Notes: generated from the letters alone by a model not told the origin. 64,000 nucleotides of DNA from Burkholderiales bacterium (GCA_016790165.1 JAEUPL010000017.1:18983-82982), one strand, 5' to 3'. Counted from the first letter of the stretch, positions 1-10,556 are shown. Numbers and translations: made by a program.

Positions 1-447
1 GCGGTCTGGGCGTCGATGCGCTGCACGCTCGACCGAGCCACCAGCGTGATCCCGCTGGGCGTGGGCATGGGCTTCACGGTGATCCTCATGATCTTCATCA
101 ATCACCTGTGGATTGCGGTGCCGTTTCTGATCCTGCTCGGCGCGCTCGGCGGCTATCTGGTGGTGCCGATGAACGCGCTGCTGCAGCATCGTGGGCACAT
201 GCTGATGGGCGCGGGACGTTCCATCGCCGTGCAAAACTTCAATGAACAGGCGTGCATTCTTGCGTTCGGTGCCTTCTACGCCGGGATGACGGCGGTCGGC
301 CTCTCGGCGTTCACCGCCATCACCGTATTTGGCCTGGTCGTCGCGGGTTCGATGTACCTCATCGGTCGGCGGCACCGCTGGAACCTGCAGCATCACCACG
401 CAGAACTGGAACGGCTGCTCGCCATCGCGCGCAGCGACAAACACTGA
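1..447 (+). CDS. MFS transporter, LplT-like (lysophospholipid transporter family), C-terminal part; 5' end lies upstream of window
   Basis: Frame open from nt 1 to stop at 445-447. Hydrophobic TM segments. Motif VPMNALLQHRGH..GRSIAVQNFNEQ as in LplT-type MFS proteins. Confidence 0.6.
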   Translation, partial: AVWASMRCTLDRATSVIPLGVGMGFTVILMIFINHLWIAVPFLILLGALGGYLVVPMNALLQHRGHMLMGAGRSIAVQNFNEQACILAFGAFYAGMTAVGLSAFTAITVFGLVVAGSMYLIGRRHRWNLQHHHAELERLLAIARSDKH

Positions 448-481
448 GCGACCGCACCGCGTCGCCGGCAGGGCGCGGAAT

Positions 482-599
482 CAGCTTTTTGGCGCTACCG
501 GCTAGCTGATGGCAATTTCCACCGAAAAAAAACGCTAGTCGACTTCAGGAAAAATTGCCCGAAATCGACGGCCCTGCGGTCATTCGATTGAAAAAGCTG
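482..599. repeat. 118-bp bipartite intergenic element, copy 1 (59+59 nt arms)
   Basis: CAGCTTTTT 482-490, centre AGTCGACT 537-544, AAAAAGCTG 591-599. Lies between the convergent 3' ends of the LplT-like gene and msrA. Confidence 0.75.
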
Positions 600-623
600 T
601 ATCTCCCAATCGGTCGCCGGGTG

Positions 624-1301
624 TCACTTGGGGATCGCCACCCCGGTCGGCAACGGACAGGTCGCACCCGTGCCCGCCAAACCGCAGTATCCACCGGGGT
701 TCTTGGCCAGATATTGCTGGTGATACTCCTCGGCGTAGTAGAAGGTCGGCGTCGCCTCATTCCCCGCGCCGCCGACGATTTCGGTGGTGATGTCACCGTA
801 GCGCCGCGCCCTCAGCGCCTGCTGGAAGGCGGCTCGCGACGTGTCGGCCTGCTCACGCTGCGCCCGGTCGTAGCAGTAGATCGCGGAGCGGTACTGCGTT
901 CCCACGTCGTTGCCCTGCCGCATGCCCTGCGTCGGGTCGTGCGCCTCCCAAAAGACCTTCAGCAATTGCGTGTAGCTGATCGCCGCGGGATCAAAGACCA
1001 CCAGCACCATCTCGCTGTGCCCGGTTTGCCCGCTGCACACCTCCCGATACGTCGGGTGCGGCGTGAACCCGCCGGCGTAACCAACGGCCGTTGAGTAGAC
1101 GCCCTGCAGTTCCCAGAACGCCCGCTCCGCGCCCCAGAAACAACCCATGCCGAACTGCGCGAGATGCAGTCCGTCGGGGAACGGCGGCGCGATGGCATGA
1201 CCGTTCACGTAGTGCGAGCGCGGCAGAGGCATCGCGTCGGCGCGGCCAGACAGCGCATTGGCGGCCGTGACGGCCGGAGTGCTGCGTCCAAAAAATCCCA
1301 T
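624..1301 (-). CDS. msrA: peptide-methionine (S)-S-oxide reductase MsrA
   Basis: ATG at 1301. GCFWGAE active-site motif, [14 protein letters not shown] signature. Confidence 0.9.
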   Translation of the reverse strand: MGFFGRSTPAVTAANALSGRADAMPLPRSHYVNGHAIAPPFPDGLHLAQFGMGCFWGAERAFWELQGVYSTAVGYAGGFTPHPTYREVCSGQTGHSEMVLVVFDPAAISYTQLLKVFWEAHDPTQGMRQGNDVGTQYRSAIYCYDRAQREQADTSRAAFQQALRARRYGDITTEIVGGAGNEATPTFYYAEEYHQQYLAKNPGGYCGLAGTGATCPLPTGVAIPK

Positions 1302-1488
1302 GAGTGTCTCCCAATACGCGCGCTGTCGAGACTCGTTTCCTGAGTCCGAACCGGCAAGTTGCCGTTAGTGTGGCTGAACCGTGCGAGCTTACAATCGCGA
1401 CAAACTCTGCGCCACCCGGGCCGTGTCCCATCACCGGTTGCCGGGCGAGAGAACGCACCACAAAGAGACCATTTCAGGATCAAGGGAC

Positions 1489-1947
1489 ATGGACAAACGT
1501 GCCGCATTCATCGCCGGACTTCTAGCCGCTTTCGTCAGTCTGGCGGGTGGCATGGGCGTCCTGCAATTCATGCACGACAACGCGATGGGGCTGCCGCGAT
1601 TGCTCGCCACCATCGTCCTGGGTCGCGGCGCGCTGGATGCCGATGTCACCCCGCACGCCACGGCGCTCGCGGCTGGCATCGCCGTGCACCTGGTGCTCGG
1701 GCTCGTGTTCGCCTTCGTGATTTCGTTCACCCTGCATCGCTGGGGATTTTGGGTCGGGCTCATCGGCGGCGGCTTGTTTGGTCTGGCACTCTACGCGATC
1801 AACACCTACACCATGAGCCGCTTCTTCCCCGAGTTCTTCTACTACCGGAGCTGGTTCATGGTCGGCCTGCATGTGGTATTTGGTGCGCTCTGCGGCGGCA
1901 TCTACGAATCGCTGGAGCGTGACCGTCGCTCGATTTACCGCGGCTGA
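1489..1947 (+). CDS. small integral membrane protein (about 4 TM), unknown function
   Basis: Internal ATG 1489 (MDKRAAFIAGLL..) of ORF 1381-1947. Hydrophobic helices, high GC3. No family recognised. Confidence 0.55.
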   Translation: MDKRAAFIAGLLAAFVSLAGGMGVLQFMHDNAMGLPRLLATIVLGRGALDADVTPHATALAAGIAVHLVLGLVFAFVISFTLHRWGFWVGLIGGGLFGLALYAINTYTMSRFFPEFFYYRSWFMVGLHVVFGALCGGIYESLERDRRSIYRG

Positions 1948-1980
1948 TTTGCAGCTTTCCGCGTCGTCTGGAATATCACC

Positions 1981-2772
1981 ATGAACAAGATTCAACTCAT
2001 CATCGCTCTGGTTGTCGCGGCGTTTTCGCTGCTCTCGTATTTCGGGTCGTCGTCGGTCAACCCGATCACGGGAGAGAAGCAACACATCGGCGGCATGTCC
2101 CAGAAGGACGAAGTGGCGATGGGCTTGCAATCGGCGCCACAGATGGCCGCGCAGATGGGAGGCCTGACGCAGGACGCGCGCGCGCGGCAACTGGTCGCGG
2201 CCGTCGGCGCCAAAGTCGTTGCACAATCGGTCGCCGCCAAATCGGGTTACCCATTCAAATTTCACACGCTCGCTGACCCACGCACCGTGAACGCGTTCGC
2301 CCTGCCCGGCGGACAGGTGTTCATCACGATGGCGTTGTTATCGCGACTGGAAACCGAAGGCCAGTTGGCCGGTGTGCTCGGTCACGAGGTGGGGCATGTG
2401 CTTGCACGGCACAGCGCTGAGCGCATCGCCAAGGATCAGCTCACGCAAGGCCTGACGGGAGCCTTCGCCATGGGAGCCGGTTCGATGGACGCGGCACAGG
2501 TCGCGCGCGTTGTCGGGCAGATGACCATGCTCAGCTACGGTCGTGACGATGAACTCGAGGCCGACGCGCTCGGACTGCGACTGATGGCTGAGGCTGGCTA
2601 CGATCCGCGCGCCCTGATCAAGGTGATGCAGATTCTCGAGCGCGCCAGCGGGGGTTCGCGGCAACCAGAGTTTGCCAGCTCACATCCGTCGCCCGCCAAC
2701 CGCGTACAGAAGATCAACGAGGCTCTCGCGCGCGCGTTTCCCAATGGCATCCCCGCGGGTCTGACACCGTAG
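1981..2772 (+). CDS. M48 family zinc metalloprotease (periplasmic/lipoprotein-like)
   Basis: ATG 1981. N-terminal signal-like helix. HEVGHVLARH zinc motif, downstream E..AD helix, SHPSPANR. Confidence 0.85.
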   Translation: MNKIQLIIALVVAAFSLLSYFGSSSVNPITGEKQHIGGMSQKDEVAMGLQSAPQMAAQMGGLTQDARARQLVAAVGAKVVAQSVAAKSGYPFKFHTLADPRTVNAFALPGGQVFITMALLSRLETEGQLAGVLGHEVGHVLARHSAERIAKDQLTQGLTGAFAMGAGSMDAAQVARVVGQMTMLSYGRDDELEADALGLRLMAEAGYDPRALIKVMQILERASGGSRQPEFASSHPSPANRVQKINEALARAFPNGIPAGLTP

Positions 2773-2800
2773 GCCCCGTGCCACGCCGTCGCGGTCTACG

Positions 2801-3841
2801 TTGATCCAGTTCCAGCGGGACGTCCCGCTCCGCTCCCACAACAGTTTCGGCGTTGCTGCCACGGCGTTACGCTATGCGCACGTGCGTACCGAGGACGAAT
2901 TGTCCGAGTGGTGCGTGCGGCACGGCAGCGAAGCCCCGCTACTCCTCGGCGGCGGCAGCAATGTGCTGCTCACGCGCGATCCGGTTGCCCCGGTGTTCGA
3001 CCTCGAGCCCCGCGGCATCCAGGTCATTCGCGATGACGGCGACACGGTGCTGCTCGAAGCGATGGCCGGTGAGCCGTGGCACGGGCTTGTGCAATGGACA
3101 CTGGCGCAGGGTTTGTGCGGACTCGAGAATCTCTCTCTGATTCCCGGTCGAGTCGGCGCAGCGCCAGTGCAGAACATCGGTGCGTACGGCGTCGAAATGG
3201 CGAGCCGCTGCGAAAGCGTTGCGGCGATTGACCTGCACACCGGCGAGCCCGTGCAATTCGGCGCCGCCGAGTGCAATTTCGGGTATCGCGAGAGCCGCTT
3301 CAAACACGCTCTGCGTGAGCATGGCCACGACCGCTACGCCATCACCCGCGTGCGCTTTCGCCTGTCACGTCGTTTTCAGCCCCACCTCGACTACGGCGAT
3401 ATCAAGACGGAATTGCAGGCGCGGCGGATCTCGGCACCAAGCGCGCAGGACGTTGCGCGCGCCGTGATCGCAATCCGCGAGCGCAAACTGCCAGACCCGG
3501 CAGTCATCGGCAACGCAGGAAGTTTCTTCAAGAATCCGGTCGTGCCCAATGTCATCGCCGATGCCCTCAGTGAACGCTTTCCCGGTATGCCGCGGTTTGC
3601 CGTTGCCGGCGCCAGCCATCAAAGCAAGCTCGCGGCCGGCTGGCTGATCGACCGCGCTGGATGGAAAGGCCGCCGCTTGCGCGAGGACAGCGCTGCCGCC
3701 GTGCATGCGCAACACGCGCTGGTACTGGTGAATCACGGCGGCGCGTCGGGCGCCGACATTCTCGAGCTGGCGAACGCGATTGCAGACGATGTCGCCCGGC
3801 AGTTCGGCGTCGCGCTGGAAGTGGAGCCGCGCATCGTCTGA
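2801..3841 (+). CDS. murB: UDP-N-acetylenolpyruvoylglucosamine reductase MurB
   Basis: TTG start at 2801. HNSFGV, GGGSNVL FAD-binding motif, GYRESRFK, AGSFFKNP, AAGWLID motifs typical of MurB. Confidence 0.88.
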   Translation: MIQFQRDVPLRSHNSFGVAATALRYAHVRTEDELSEWCVRHGSEAPLLLGGGSNVLLTRDPVAPVFDLEPRGIQVIRDDGDTVLLEAMAGEPWHGLVQWTLAQGLCGLENLSLIPGRVGAAPVQNIGAYGVEMASRCESVAAIDLHTGEPVQFGAAECNFGYRESRFKHALREHGHDRYAITRVRFRLSRRFQPHLDYGDIKTELQARRISAPSAQDVARAVIAIRERKLPDPAVIGNAGSFFKNPVVPNVIADALSERFPGMPRFAVAGASHQSKLAAGWLIDRAGWKGRRLREDSAAAVHAQHALVLVNHGGASGADILELANAIADDVARQFGVALEVEPRIV

Positions 3842-3915
3842 CCGCGGGGAATCCAGTAGCGCAAATCGCTGCCGATCCGGAATAATGCGATGCTGCTTTT
3901 ACCGCGCGACTTGCC

Positions 3916-5946
3916 ATGAAATTCACCAAGCTTCCGTTCGCCGCTGGCCTCGCCGCTGCGTTCGCCCTGTCATCTGCCTGCGCACAACTGCAAGCCCCTG
4001 CGGCGTCGGCAGCCGCAGACGTAGTGACGCCCAACGCCAATCTGCACATCGAGGGAATCCCCCCGATTGCGAAGTCGCTCGCTGAGCGTGTGGCGCGTTA
4101 CAACGATTTTCGCGGTCATAGCTTCCTCCTCTGGCACCCGAAGCGCAATGAGATGCTGGTTTCGCATCGCGCTGCAGGCGCCAGCACAAATCAGCTGTAT
4201 TGGCTCGCCGCTCCGATGGGCGATCTGCAGCCGGTGACGCGGCACGGTGATCCCATCAACGGCGCCACGATCGAACCGGTAGACGGCCGGTTCATCGTAT
4301 TCACCGCCAGCCGCGGTGGGTCGGAGGCATTCCAGCTGTTCCGGCAGGACAAGGCAGGCGAACCCGCGTTGCAAATTACCGACAGCAAGTTCCGCCACGC
4401 GCGTGGCCCGTGGCGACGTGTGAACGGCAAGCCAACGGGCGAGTTTCTGCTGGCCTCGGTACCGCTCGATCGCAACCTGACCGACGGGCAGAAAAAAAAC
4501 GTCTCGACCGTCTTTCGCTTGATGGATCCGATGCACCCCGAACAGGCAAAAGTCGTCGCGGAGCTGCCGGGGACCGGATGGTTCAGCCCGAGTTTCCATC
4601 GGAACGGCGCGCAGCTTCTGTTGACCAAATACATCTCGGCGACCGAGAGTGAGGTGTGGACGCTTGACCTCAACACGGGCAAAGCGGGCCGGCTGATCCC
4701 GGTGGATGCCACGCTGAGGGCCGTTTACGGCGGTGGTCGCTACAGCCGCAACGGCAAAGGCGTCTTCCTGGTCAGCGACCGCGAGGGCGAGTTCCACGAG
4801 CTCACCTACTTCGATCTGCAGACAAGCAAGATGACGTCACTGACGCGAGGCGTGCCGCATGACGTCGAAGGCGCGTCTGAAGACGATGAAGATGACGATA
4901 GCTCGCGCGTCCTCTACACCCGCCTCAACGTGCGCGGCAAGGCCGAACTGCGTGCTTTCGACAGCGAGACGTTCAAACCAGTCGCCATCAGCGGGGTACC
5001 AGAAGGCTCGGTCGCCGCCGTCTCGCCGCGCCGGCGCAGTCAGGATGTTGTGCTGACCATGGTCAGCGCCCGCTCCCCGGGGGAGATCCACGTCCTCAAT
5101 CCGCGTACGGGTCAGTCGACGCAATGGACCAAAGCGTCGGTCAGTACCGACACCAGCGCCTTTCGGGCGCAGGAAATCATCACCTGGAGGAGTTTCGACG
5201 GTCGCGACATCTCCGGCCTGATCAACCGCGCGCCCGCCCGATTCACGGGTAAACGACCGGTCATGATCAACATTCATGGCGGGCCGGAATCGCAAGCCCG
5301 GATCGGATTTTCTGGCCGCATGAACTACTTCCCCGAAGAGCTGGGCATCACGGTGATTCAGCCCAACGTCCGCGGCTCCTCCGGTTTCGGCAAGACCTTT
5401 CTCGAGCTCGACAACGGCATGAAGCGCGAGGACTCGGTGCGCGACATCGGTGCCCTGCTCGACTGGATTGCTACACAACCCGACCTTGACGCCGCTCGCG
5501 TGCTGGTGATGGGTGGCAGCTACGGCGGTTACATGAGTCTTGCCGTTGCCACTCACTACGCGGACCGGATCGCAGGCAGTATCGACGTGGTGGGGATTTC
5601 ACATTTCGTCACCTTCCTCGAAACCACTGAGAGCTACCGCCGCGACCTGCGTCGCGTCGAGTACGGTGACGAACGCGATCCGAAGATGCGTGAATTCCTC
5701 CACCAGATTTCGCCGCTCACCAACGCCCACAAAATCAGAAAGCCGCTTTTCGTGGTGCAGGGCAAGAACGATCCGCGCGTGCCGTATACCGAAGCCGAGC
5801 AGATTGTCGCCAAGGCCCGGGGCAACGGCATGCCGGTCTGGTACCTTCGCGCCGAGAACGAGGGGCACGGCTTCGCCCGCAAGGAAAATGCGGACTACTA
5901 TTTCTTTTCGATGGTGCGCTTCGTTGAGGAGACGCTGCTGAAATAG
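3916..5946 (+). CDS. S9 family prolyl oligopeptidase / dipeptidyl-aminopeptidase-like serine peptidase (secreted)
   Basis: Signal peptide. N-terminal beta-propeller-like region. GGSYGGYM nucleophile elbow, QGKNDPRVP, EGHGF catalytic His region. Confidence 0.85.
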   Translation: MKFTKLPFAAGLAAAFALSSACAQLQAPAASAAADVVTPNANLHIEGIPPIAKSLAERVARYNDFRGHSFLLWHPKRNEMLVSHRAAGASTNQLYWLAAPMGDLQPVTRHGDPINGATIEPVDGRFIVFTASRGGSEAFQLFRQDKAGEPALQITDSKFRHARGPWRRVNGKPTGEFLLASVPLDRNLTDGQKKNVSTVFRLMDPMHPEQAKVVAELPGTGWFSPSFHRNGAQLLLTKYISATESEVWTLDLNTGKAGRLIPVDATLRAVYGGGRYSRNGKGVFLVSDREGEFHELTYFDLQTSKMTSLTRGVPHDVEGASEDDEDDDSSRVLYTRLNVRGKAELRAFDSETFKPVAISGVPEGSVAAVSPRRRSQDVVLTMVSARSPGEIHVLNPRTGQSTQWTKASVSTDTSAFRAQEIITWRSFDGRDISGLINRAPARFTGKRPVMINIHGGPESQARIGFSGRMNYFPEELGITVIQPNVRGSSGFGKTFLELDNGMKREDSVRDIGALLDWIATQPDLDAARVLVMGGSYGGYMSLAVATHYADRIAGSIDVVGISHFVTFLETTESYRRDLRRVEYGDERDPKMREFLHQISPLTNAHKIRKPLFVVQGKNDPRVPYTEAEQIVAKARGNGMPVWYLRAENEGHGFARKENADYYFFSMVRFVEETLLK

Positions 5947-5960
5947 CCGTCCGCTGGGTG

Positions 5961-6680
5961 CTACAGCGGAATGCCAAGCGCCGCAAGCTGCGCTGTGGCC
6001 TGCGGTGCCCAGCCACGATTGGCAATCGGGCTGGCCGGGCTCGGGTGAAGAATGGTGCCGATGCGAACCTGAGGGTGCGATTCGGCAAGCGCCGCCCGCG
6101 CCTGCGCCTCCGCGAATTTGCCGATGCCAATGACCCAATCGGGTCGCAGCGCATCCACACAGACGCGCAGGTGGGCGTCGCAGGCCGCATACAGTGGGAC
6201 CGTCTCTGCCTTGGGTAGCTTGTCCGGGGTAACGTTTCGGGCATGTTCAAAGAACGCGAGCGGGCAGTAGTTCAGAACGAAGTGCTGCGCGAAAAAGTCC
6301 TCGGCACGCGGATACCGGGCGGCAAATAGTGACCAGAGTCGTTGCCCCGACACCTCGGAACGCTGGCAGCCGTAACCCTCCACCGGACGGTGTGGATTGG
6401 GCCGCTGCGGCTGCGCCACCGGCGCGTCGATCCGCATCCAGTCGCGCACGGCGTTCACTTCACCGAACGGTACGCCCACTTGCACCATACCAAACGGCCC
6501 CGGATTCATGCCGAGGAATACGGCACGCTTTCGGCCACTGCCGTAACGGCGCAAGAAAGCCTCGTGAGGTGCCCACGCGTACTCGAGTGGGTTGAGCACA
6601 TGGGTCACCGGCGGCGAGAACTGCAGCGCACCGACCGCGACACTCAGCGCGCGCGCAGCGTCAATCAAAGAAGTGCTCAT
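5961..6680 (-). CDS. uracil-DNA glycosylase superfamily protein, SMUG1-like
   Basis: ATG at 6680 (the ORF-track start 6689 is GTG). GMNPGPFGMVQVGVPFGE and HPSPASP motifs as in the SMUG1 family. Confidence 0.75.
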   Translation of the reverse strand: MSTSLIDAARALSVAVGALQFSPPVTHVLNPLEYAWAPHEAFLRRYGSGRKRAVFLGMNPGPFGMVQVGVPFGEVNAVRDWMRIDAPVAQPQRPNPHRPVEGYGCQRSEVSGQRLWSLFAARYPRAEDFFAQHFVLNYCPLAFFEHARNVTPDKLPKAETVPLYAACDAHLRVCVDALRPDWVIGIGKFAEAQARAALAESHPQVRIGTILHPSPASPIANRGWAPQATAQLAALGIPL

Positions 6681-6745
6681 GAAAGGCACGGGCGTCTGCG
6701 TCGGCCAAAACGCGTCGTACTACGCACAGCGGCCAGACGGCGGGG

Positions 6746-7177
6746 TTATGCAGCTTTCGGCCACAACACCATCTGCGTGCAACGAAACAGCGCGATGGTT
6801 TTGTCGGTTTCGCGATGGCGCACCACCGCGTCCCACACCTGAGTCGTGCGGCCCAAATGGGCCGGGCGCGCTTCAGCATAGATGGTCCCATCAAGGGCGG
6901 TGCCGAGGTGATTGCTTTTGAGCTCGATCGTCGTGAACCCACTGGCGCCATCAGGCAGGTGAGCGATGCAGCCGTAGCCGCACATCGTGTCGGCCAGCGC
7001 AACCACCGTCGCCGCGTGCAAGTAGCCGTTCGGTGCGAGCAACTCGGGTCGGACGCGAACTTCAGCCACCATCAGTCCTTCTGCGACCGTCAACAACTCG
7101 ATACCAATCAACCCCGGCAACTTGCCGACGCCGCGCGACTTCATCGCTTCAACCGTGAACCCTGGCCGCAACGCCAT
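6746..7177 (-). CDS. PaaI-family hotdog-fold thioesterase
   Basis: ATG 7177. GIELLTV..G..VAEV.V...L.PNGYLHAATVVALADT pattern of the PaaI/TIGR00369-type domain. Confidence 0.75.
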   Translation of the reverse strand: MALRPGFTVEAMKSRGVGKLPGLIGIELLTVAEGLMVAEVRVRPELLAPNGYLHAATVVALADTMCGYGCIAHLPDGASGFTTIELKSNHLGTALDGTIYAEARPAHLGRTTQVWDAVVRHRETDKTIALFRCTQMVLWPKAA

Positions 7178-7187
7178 ACGCGGCTCG

Positions 7188-7781
7188 CTAGAACCTGTAG
7201 CCGACGGTCACCATCAGCGCCGAGAACCCGAGCACGACGGCTTCGACGCGCGCGTTGCCGTAGCGAAAGCCCACCGAAGGAATGATCGCCGGCGCAACGC
7301 CCAAGTCGTTAAACGGAATGTTGTTCTTGTACTTGCCCTTGTAGCCGTGCAACAGGCCGGCGGTCACTTTCGTGTAGAACCAGGGTTTGACATCCCACTG
7401 CTGCCCCCAGTAGACATATTGCGACGGCTGGCCGTACGAGTTCTTGAAAATCGCCAGGCCGAAGAGCGTCGCGTCCGAGCCCCATACACGGTCGTACTTT
7501 GACTCAATACCGAGATCGACGAGATAGGAATGCTTGGCGTACTCCGGGTTGTTCCGGAAGTGTTCGGTATACGGACTGAATGCGATGGAGATGCGGTCGC
7601 CGTCGCGCAACCAGGTCTCGGCGCTGCGACCATCTGCAGACGGCGCAGCACTTGCGCCCATCGGCACGGCTGGCGAGGTCTGTGCAGCGGCACCGAGTGC
7701 GGTCAACGACAACCCAACCGCGAGCGCCGAACGAGCGCCGCGCGCCGCACGGAGGATGGGTGTGAACAACTTCTGAGTCAC
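7188..7781 (-). CDS. outer-membrane beta-barrel protein, PagP-like lipid A palmitoyltransferase family
   Basis: GTG start 7781. Signal peptide ..LGAAAQ. By-eye alignment to E. coli PagP blocks (SPYTEHF / ITWHARF; TAGLLHGY..NIPF). C-terminal aromatic ..VGYRF. Confidence 0.55.
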   Translation of the reverse strand: MTQKLFTPILRAARGARSALAVGLSLTALGAAAQTSPAVPMGASAAPSADGRSAETWLRDGDRISIAFSPYTEHFRNNPEYAKHSYLVDLGIESKYDRVWGSDATLFGLAIFKNSYGQPSQYVYWGQQWDVKPWFYTKVTAGLLHGYKGKYKNNIPFNDLGVAPAIIPSVGFRYGNARVEAVVLGFSALMVTVGYRF

Positions 7782-7783
7782 GT

Positions 7784-7975
7784 TCAGGAACCTTTCTTGT
7801 TCGGGTCTTCGGCCTCGCGACGGATCTCTTCGGCCTGCTTCATGGCGCGATCAAGATCGTTCTTTGCTCGGTCTATCGTCGTCTCTTTGGTTGGCAACGG
7901 TGTAGGTGGCGGGGTCGCAGGCTGGCAACCCGCAGCGAGACCGGAGGTCAGCAACAGAATGACAACGCCACGCAC
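7784..7975 (-). CDS. small putative lipoprotein
   Basis: GTG start. Lipobox LAAGC after a hydrophobic leader, Pro-rich linker, charged helix. No separate SD seen. Confidence 0.4.
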   Translation of the reverse strand: MRGVVILLLTSGLAAGCQPATPPPTPLPTKETTIDRAKNDLDRAMKQAEEIRREAEDPNKKGS

Positions 7976-7980
7976 AGGTG

Positions 7981-8472
7981 TCAGTCGCGAAAATTGTTGA
8001 ACTGCAGCGGCAGGTCGGTGATGTCCTTCTTGATCAGCGCCATCGCGGCCTGAAGGTCGTCTTTCTTGTTACCGGAAACACGCACTGTGTTGCCCTGAAT
8101 AGCGCCGGTCACCTTCATCTTGCTGTCCTTCAACAGTTTGACCACCTTCTTCGCCAGCTCGGACTCCAGCCCTTCTTTCAGCTTGTCGGCGCGCTTGAGT
8201 TTGTCGCCGCCGATTTTCTCGCTCTTGCCCTTTTCGATCGAGCGGATGTCCACGCCGCGCTTGGCGAACTTGCCAAGCAGCACTTCGTCGACCTGTCCGA
8301 GTTTGAATTCGTCGTCGGCATACACCGTCATCGACTTTTCCTTTTCGTTCAACTCGACGCGCGCATCGGAACCCTTGAAATCAAACCGGTTGCCAATTTC
8401 CTTGTTGGCCTGATCAAGCGCGTTCCTGATCTCAACCCAGTTGAGTTCGGAGACCGTATCGAATGAAGGCAT
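7981..8472 (-). CDS. yajQ: YajQ family nucleotide (c-di-GMP)-binding protein (UPF0234)
   Basis: MPSFD.VSE....EI.NA.DQA.KEI..RFDFKGS N-terminus is diagnostic of YajQ. 163 aa. Confidence 0.9.
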   Translation of the reverse strand: MPSFDTVSELNWVEIRNALDQANKEIGNRFDFKGSDARVELNEKEKSMTVYADDEFKLGQVDEVLLGKFAKRGVDIRSIEKGKSEKIGGDKLKRADKLKEGLESELAKKVVKLLKDSKMKVTGAIQGNTVRVSGNKKDDLQAAMALIKKDITDLPLQFNNFRD

Positions 8473-8574
8473 GGCTGGGCGGGTACGGGAGGAAAGGCGC
8501 TAGTTTATCGTGCCCACGCGGTTTCAATGGGATGGGCCGCGCCCGCCCGACCGCTGGCAGCGCAGAGGATGCGA

Positions 8575-9279
8575 CTACGTTGAAGACACCCGAGTGTCGC
8601 TCACAATACGGCCATCGGCCAGCGTCACCTGACGGTCACAGGTCGCCGCGAGCCGCGCATCGTGCGTCACGATGAGGAAAGACGTACCAAATTCGCGGTT
8701 GAACTGCCGCAACAGTGTAAAGATGTCCGCGGCGGTCTTGGTGTCGAGATTGCCCGTTGGCTCGTCAGCCAGCACCAGATGCGGTGTCACCGCCAACGCC
8801 CGAGCGATTGCCACGCGCTGTTGCATGCCCCCGGAGAGCTGCGACGGACGTTTGTTTTCCGCCCCGGCCAGCCCGACGGCAGCGAGCAGCCGCGCGGCAT
8901 CCTCGCGCACGCGCCCGCTGATCGTCTCGCCGTTAATCAGGCGCGGCATCAGGACATTCTCAATCGCTGTGAACGCGGGTAACAGGTGATGGAACTGAAA
9001 GACGAAGCCCAGCGTCGCCGCGCGCAACCGCGTCAGGTGATCATCATTGTCGTACGCCACGCGCTGGCCAGCGATGTCGACCGAACCCGCCGTGGGCGCC
9101 TCCAGCAGACCGATGATGTTGAGCAGCGTACTCTTGCCCGAACCCGACGGTCCGATCAGCGCCGTGAATTCCCCCGCCGCGAGGTTGAGGTCGATTCCGT
9201 GCAGGATTTCGGCCTCAACGGGAGTGCCGACGTTGTACGACTTGCGTACGCCCGAGAGCGCGAGCACGGCGCCACTCAT
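8575..9279 (-). CDS. ABC transporter ATP-binding protein (MacB/LolD-type)
   Basis: Internal ATG 9279 overlaps the permease stop (ATGA). Walker [18 protein letters not shown] signature, Walker B LVLADEPT. Confidence 0.9.
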   Translation of the reverse strand: MSGAVLALSGVRKSYNVGTPVEAEILHGIDLNLAAGEFTALIGPSGSGKSTLLNIIGLLEAPTAGSVDIAGQRVAYDNDDHLTRLRAATLGFVFQFHHLLPAFTAIENVLMPRLINGETISGRVREDAARLLAAVGLAGAENKRPSQLSGGMQQRVAIARALAVTPHLVLADEPTGNLDTKTAADIFTLLRQFNREFGTSFLIVTHDARLAATCDRQVTLADGRIVSDTRVSST

Positions 9280-10505
9280 GCCCGCATCGCCAGCGCTGGG
9301 TCCAGCCGCGAGGCGCTGCGCGCCGGTGCAATAGCCGCCAGCATGCCGCAGAGCGTGGCCACCACGCATGCCGACAGCAAGAGCGGTGGCGTTACCTCAA
9401 TCGGAAACAGCGGCTTGCCGTCGGCACCGTGCACGAAAAAACCAAAGCCCGCCACGAGTACCACCGAAAGCAGGGCACCGAGCAGTGAACCAAGCAAACC
9501 GACCAACGCCCCCTGCAGCAGGAAGACACGCGTCATCTGTCCGCGCGACGCCCCCATCGCCCGCAAAATGCCAATCTCGCGCGTTTTCTGCACTACGGCC
9601 ACCACGAGGACACTGGCGATGCCCAGCATGACCACGATCGACACGAACACACGGATCATGCCGGTGGCCATCGTTTGCGCATCGAGGGCACTGAGCAGTT
9701 GGCCGTTGGTCCGCATCCAGCTTTCCACGTTGAGCGGCGCAAGGCGCGCCAGATTGTCGGCCAACTTGTCGGCTGCAAACACATCCTGCACGCGCAGATC
9801 GATGGACGTCACCGCACCCGGAATGCCAAGGAAACTCTGCGCCGTGTGCAACGGCAGGTAGGCTGCGCGACGACTCAAATCACGGTTGCCCGGATCGATC
9901 AGCCCGGCGATCCGGTACTGCTCGCCGCCGCCCCCATTGGCAGCAACTCCCGGGGCGCCGTCCGAGACCGTGATACGGTCACCGACCGCGGCACCAAGGT
10001 CCTTTGCGAGTTCAGCCCCGAGCAGAATGTCACCCGGTTCGAGCCGCAACGCACCGCCCACCAGCTTATCGCGCAGGTCGACAATGCGGTCATAGCGTGC
10101 GAGTTCGATGCCGAACACCGTGATCGCCGAGCGCGCTTCACCACGCAGCGCGAGACCGGCGCCCGACGCCATCGGCGACACCGCCACGACACCCGGGACG
10201 CCTTCGTACGCTGCCATCACCTGCTGCCAGTTTTCGATGGTCGTGAGTTTGCGCGGCGCAGCCTGTGTCACGGCGACCCGATTGCCGTCGTGCAACTGCG
10301 GCCGTACCGCTGGGTCAATCGGCTTGGCCACGACATGCGCCTGCGCGCCCAAGGTGCGGCGTATCGTGTTCCCCTGCAAACCAATCACCAGCGCCGAGAT
10401 GAACACAACCACAGCAACGCCAACCATCACGCCACCAACGATCAGTGCCGACTGCATGCGTCCTTCGCGGAGAAACCGAACGGCGAGTTGCGTTTCGAAT
10501 TGCAT
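9276..10505 (-). CDS. ABC transporter permease, FtsX-like (MacB/LolCE family)
   Basis: N-terminal TM, large periplasmic domain, C-terminal FtsX-type 3-TM bundle ([12 protein letters not shown]). Confidence 0.88.
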   Translation of the reverse strand: MQFETQLAVRFLREGRMQSALIVGGVMVGVAVVVFISALVIGLQGNTIRRTLGAQAHVVAKPIDPAVRPQLHDGNRVAVTQAAPRKLTTIENWQQVMAAYEGVPGVVAVSPMASGAGLALRGEARSAITVFGIELARYDRIVDLRDKLVGGALRLEPGDILLGAELAKDLGAAVGDRITVSDGAPGVAANGGGGEQYRIAGLIDPGNRDLSRRAAYLPLHTAQSFLGIPGAVTSIDLRVQDVFAADKLADNLARLAPLNVESWMRTNGQLLSALDAQTMATGMIRVFVSIVVMLGIASVLVVAVVQKTREIGILRAMGASRGQMTRVFLLQGALVGLLGSLLGALLSVVLVAGFGFFVHGADGKPLFPIEVTPPLLLSACVVATLCGMLAAIAPARSASRLDPALAMRA

Positions 10506-10556
10506 AGGGGTCTACCGCGGTGGCAAGTGGGGGAACACGCGACACACGGCGTCGCG

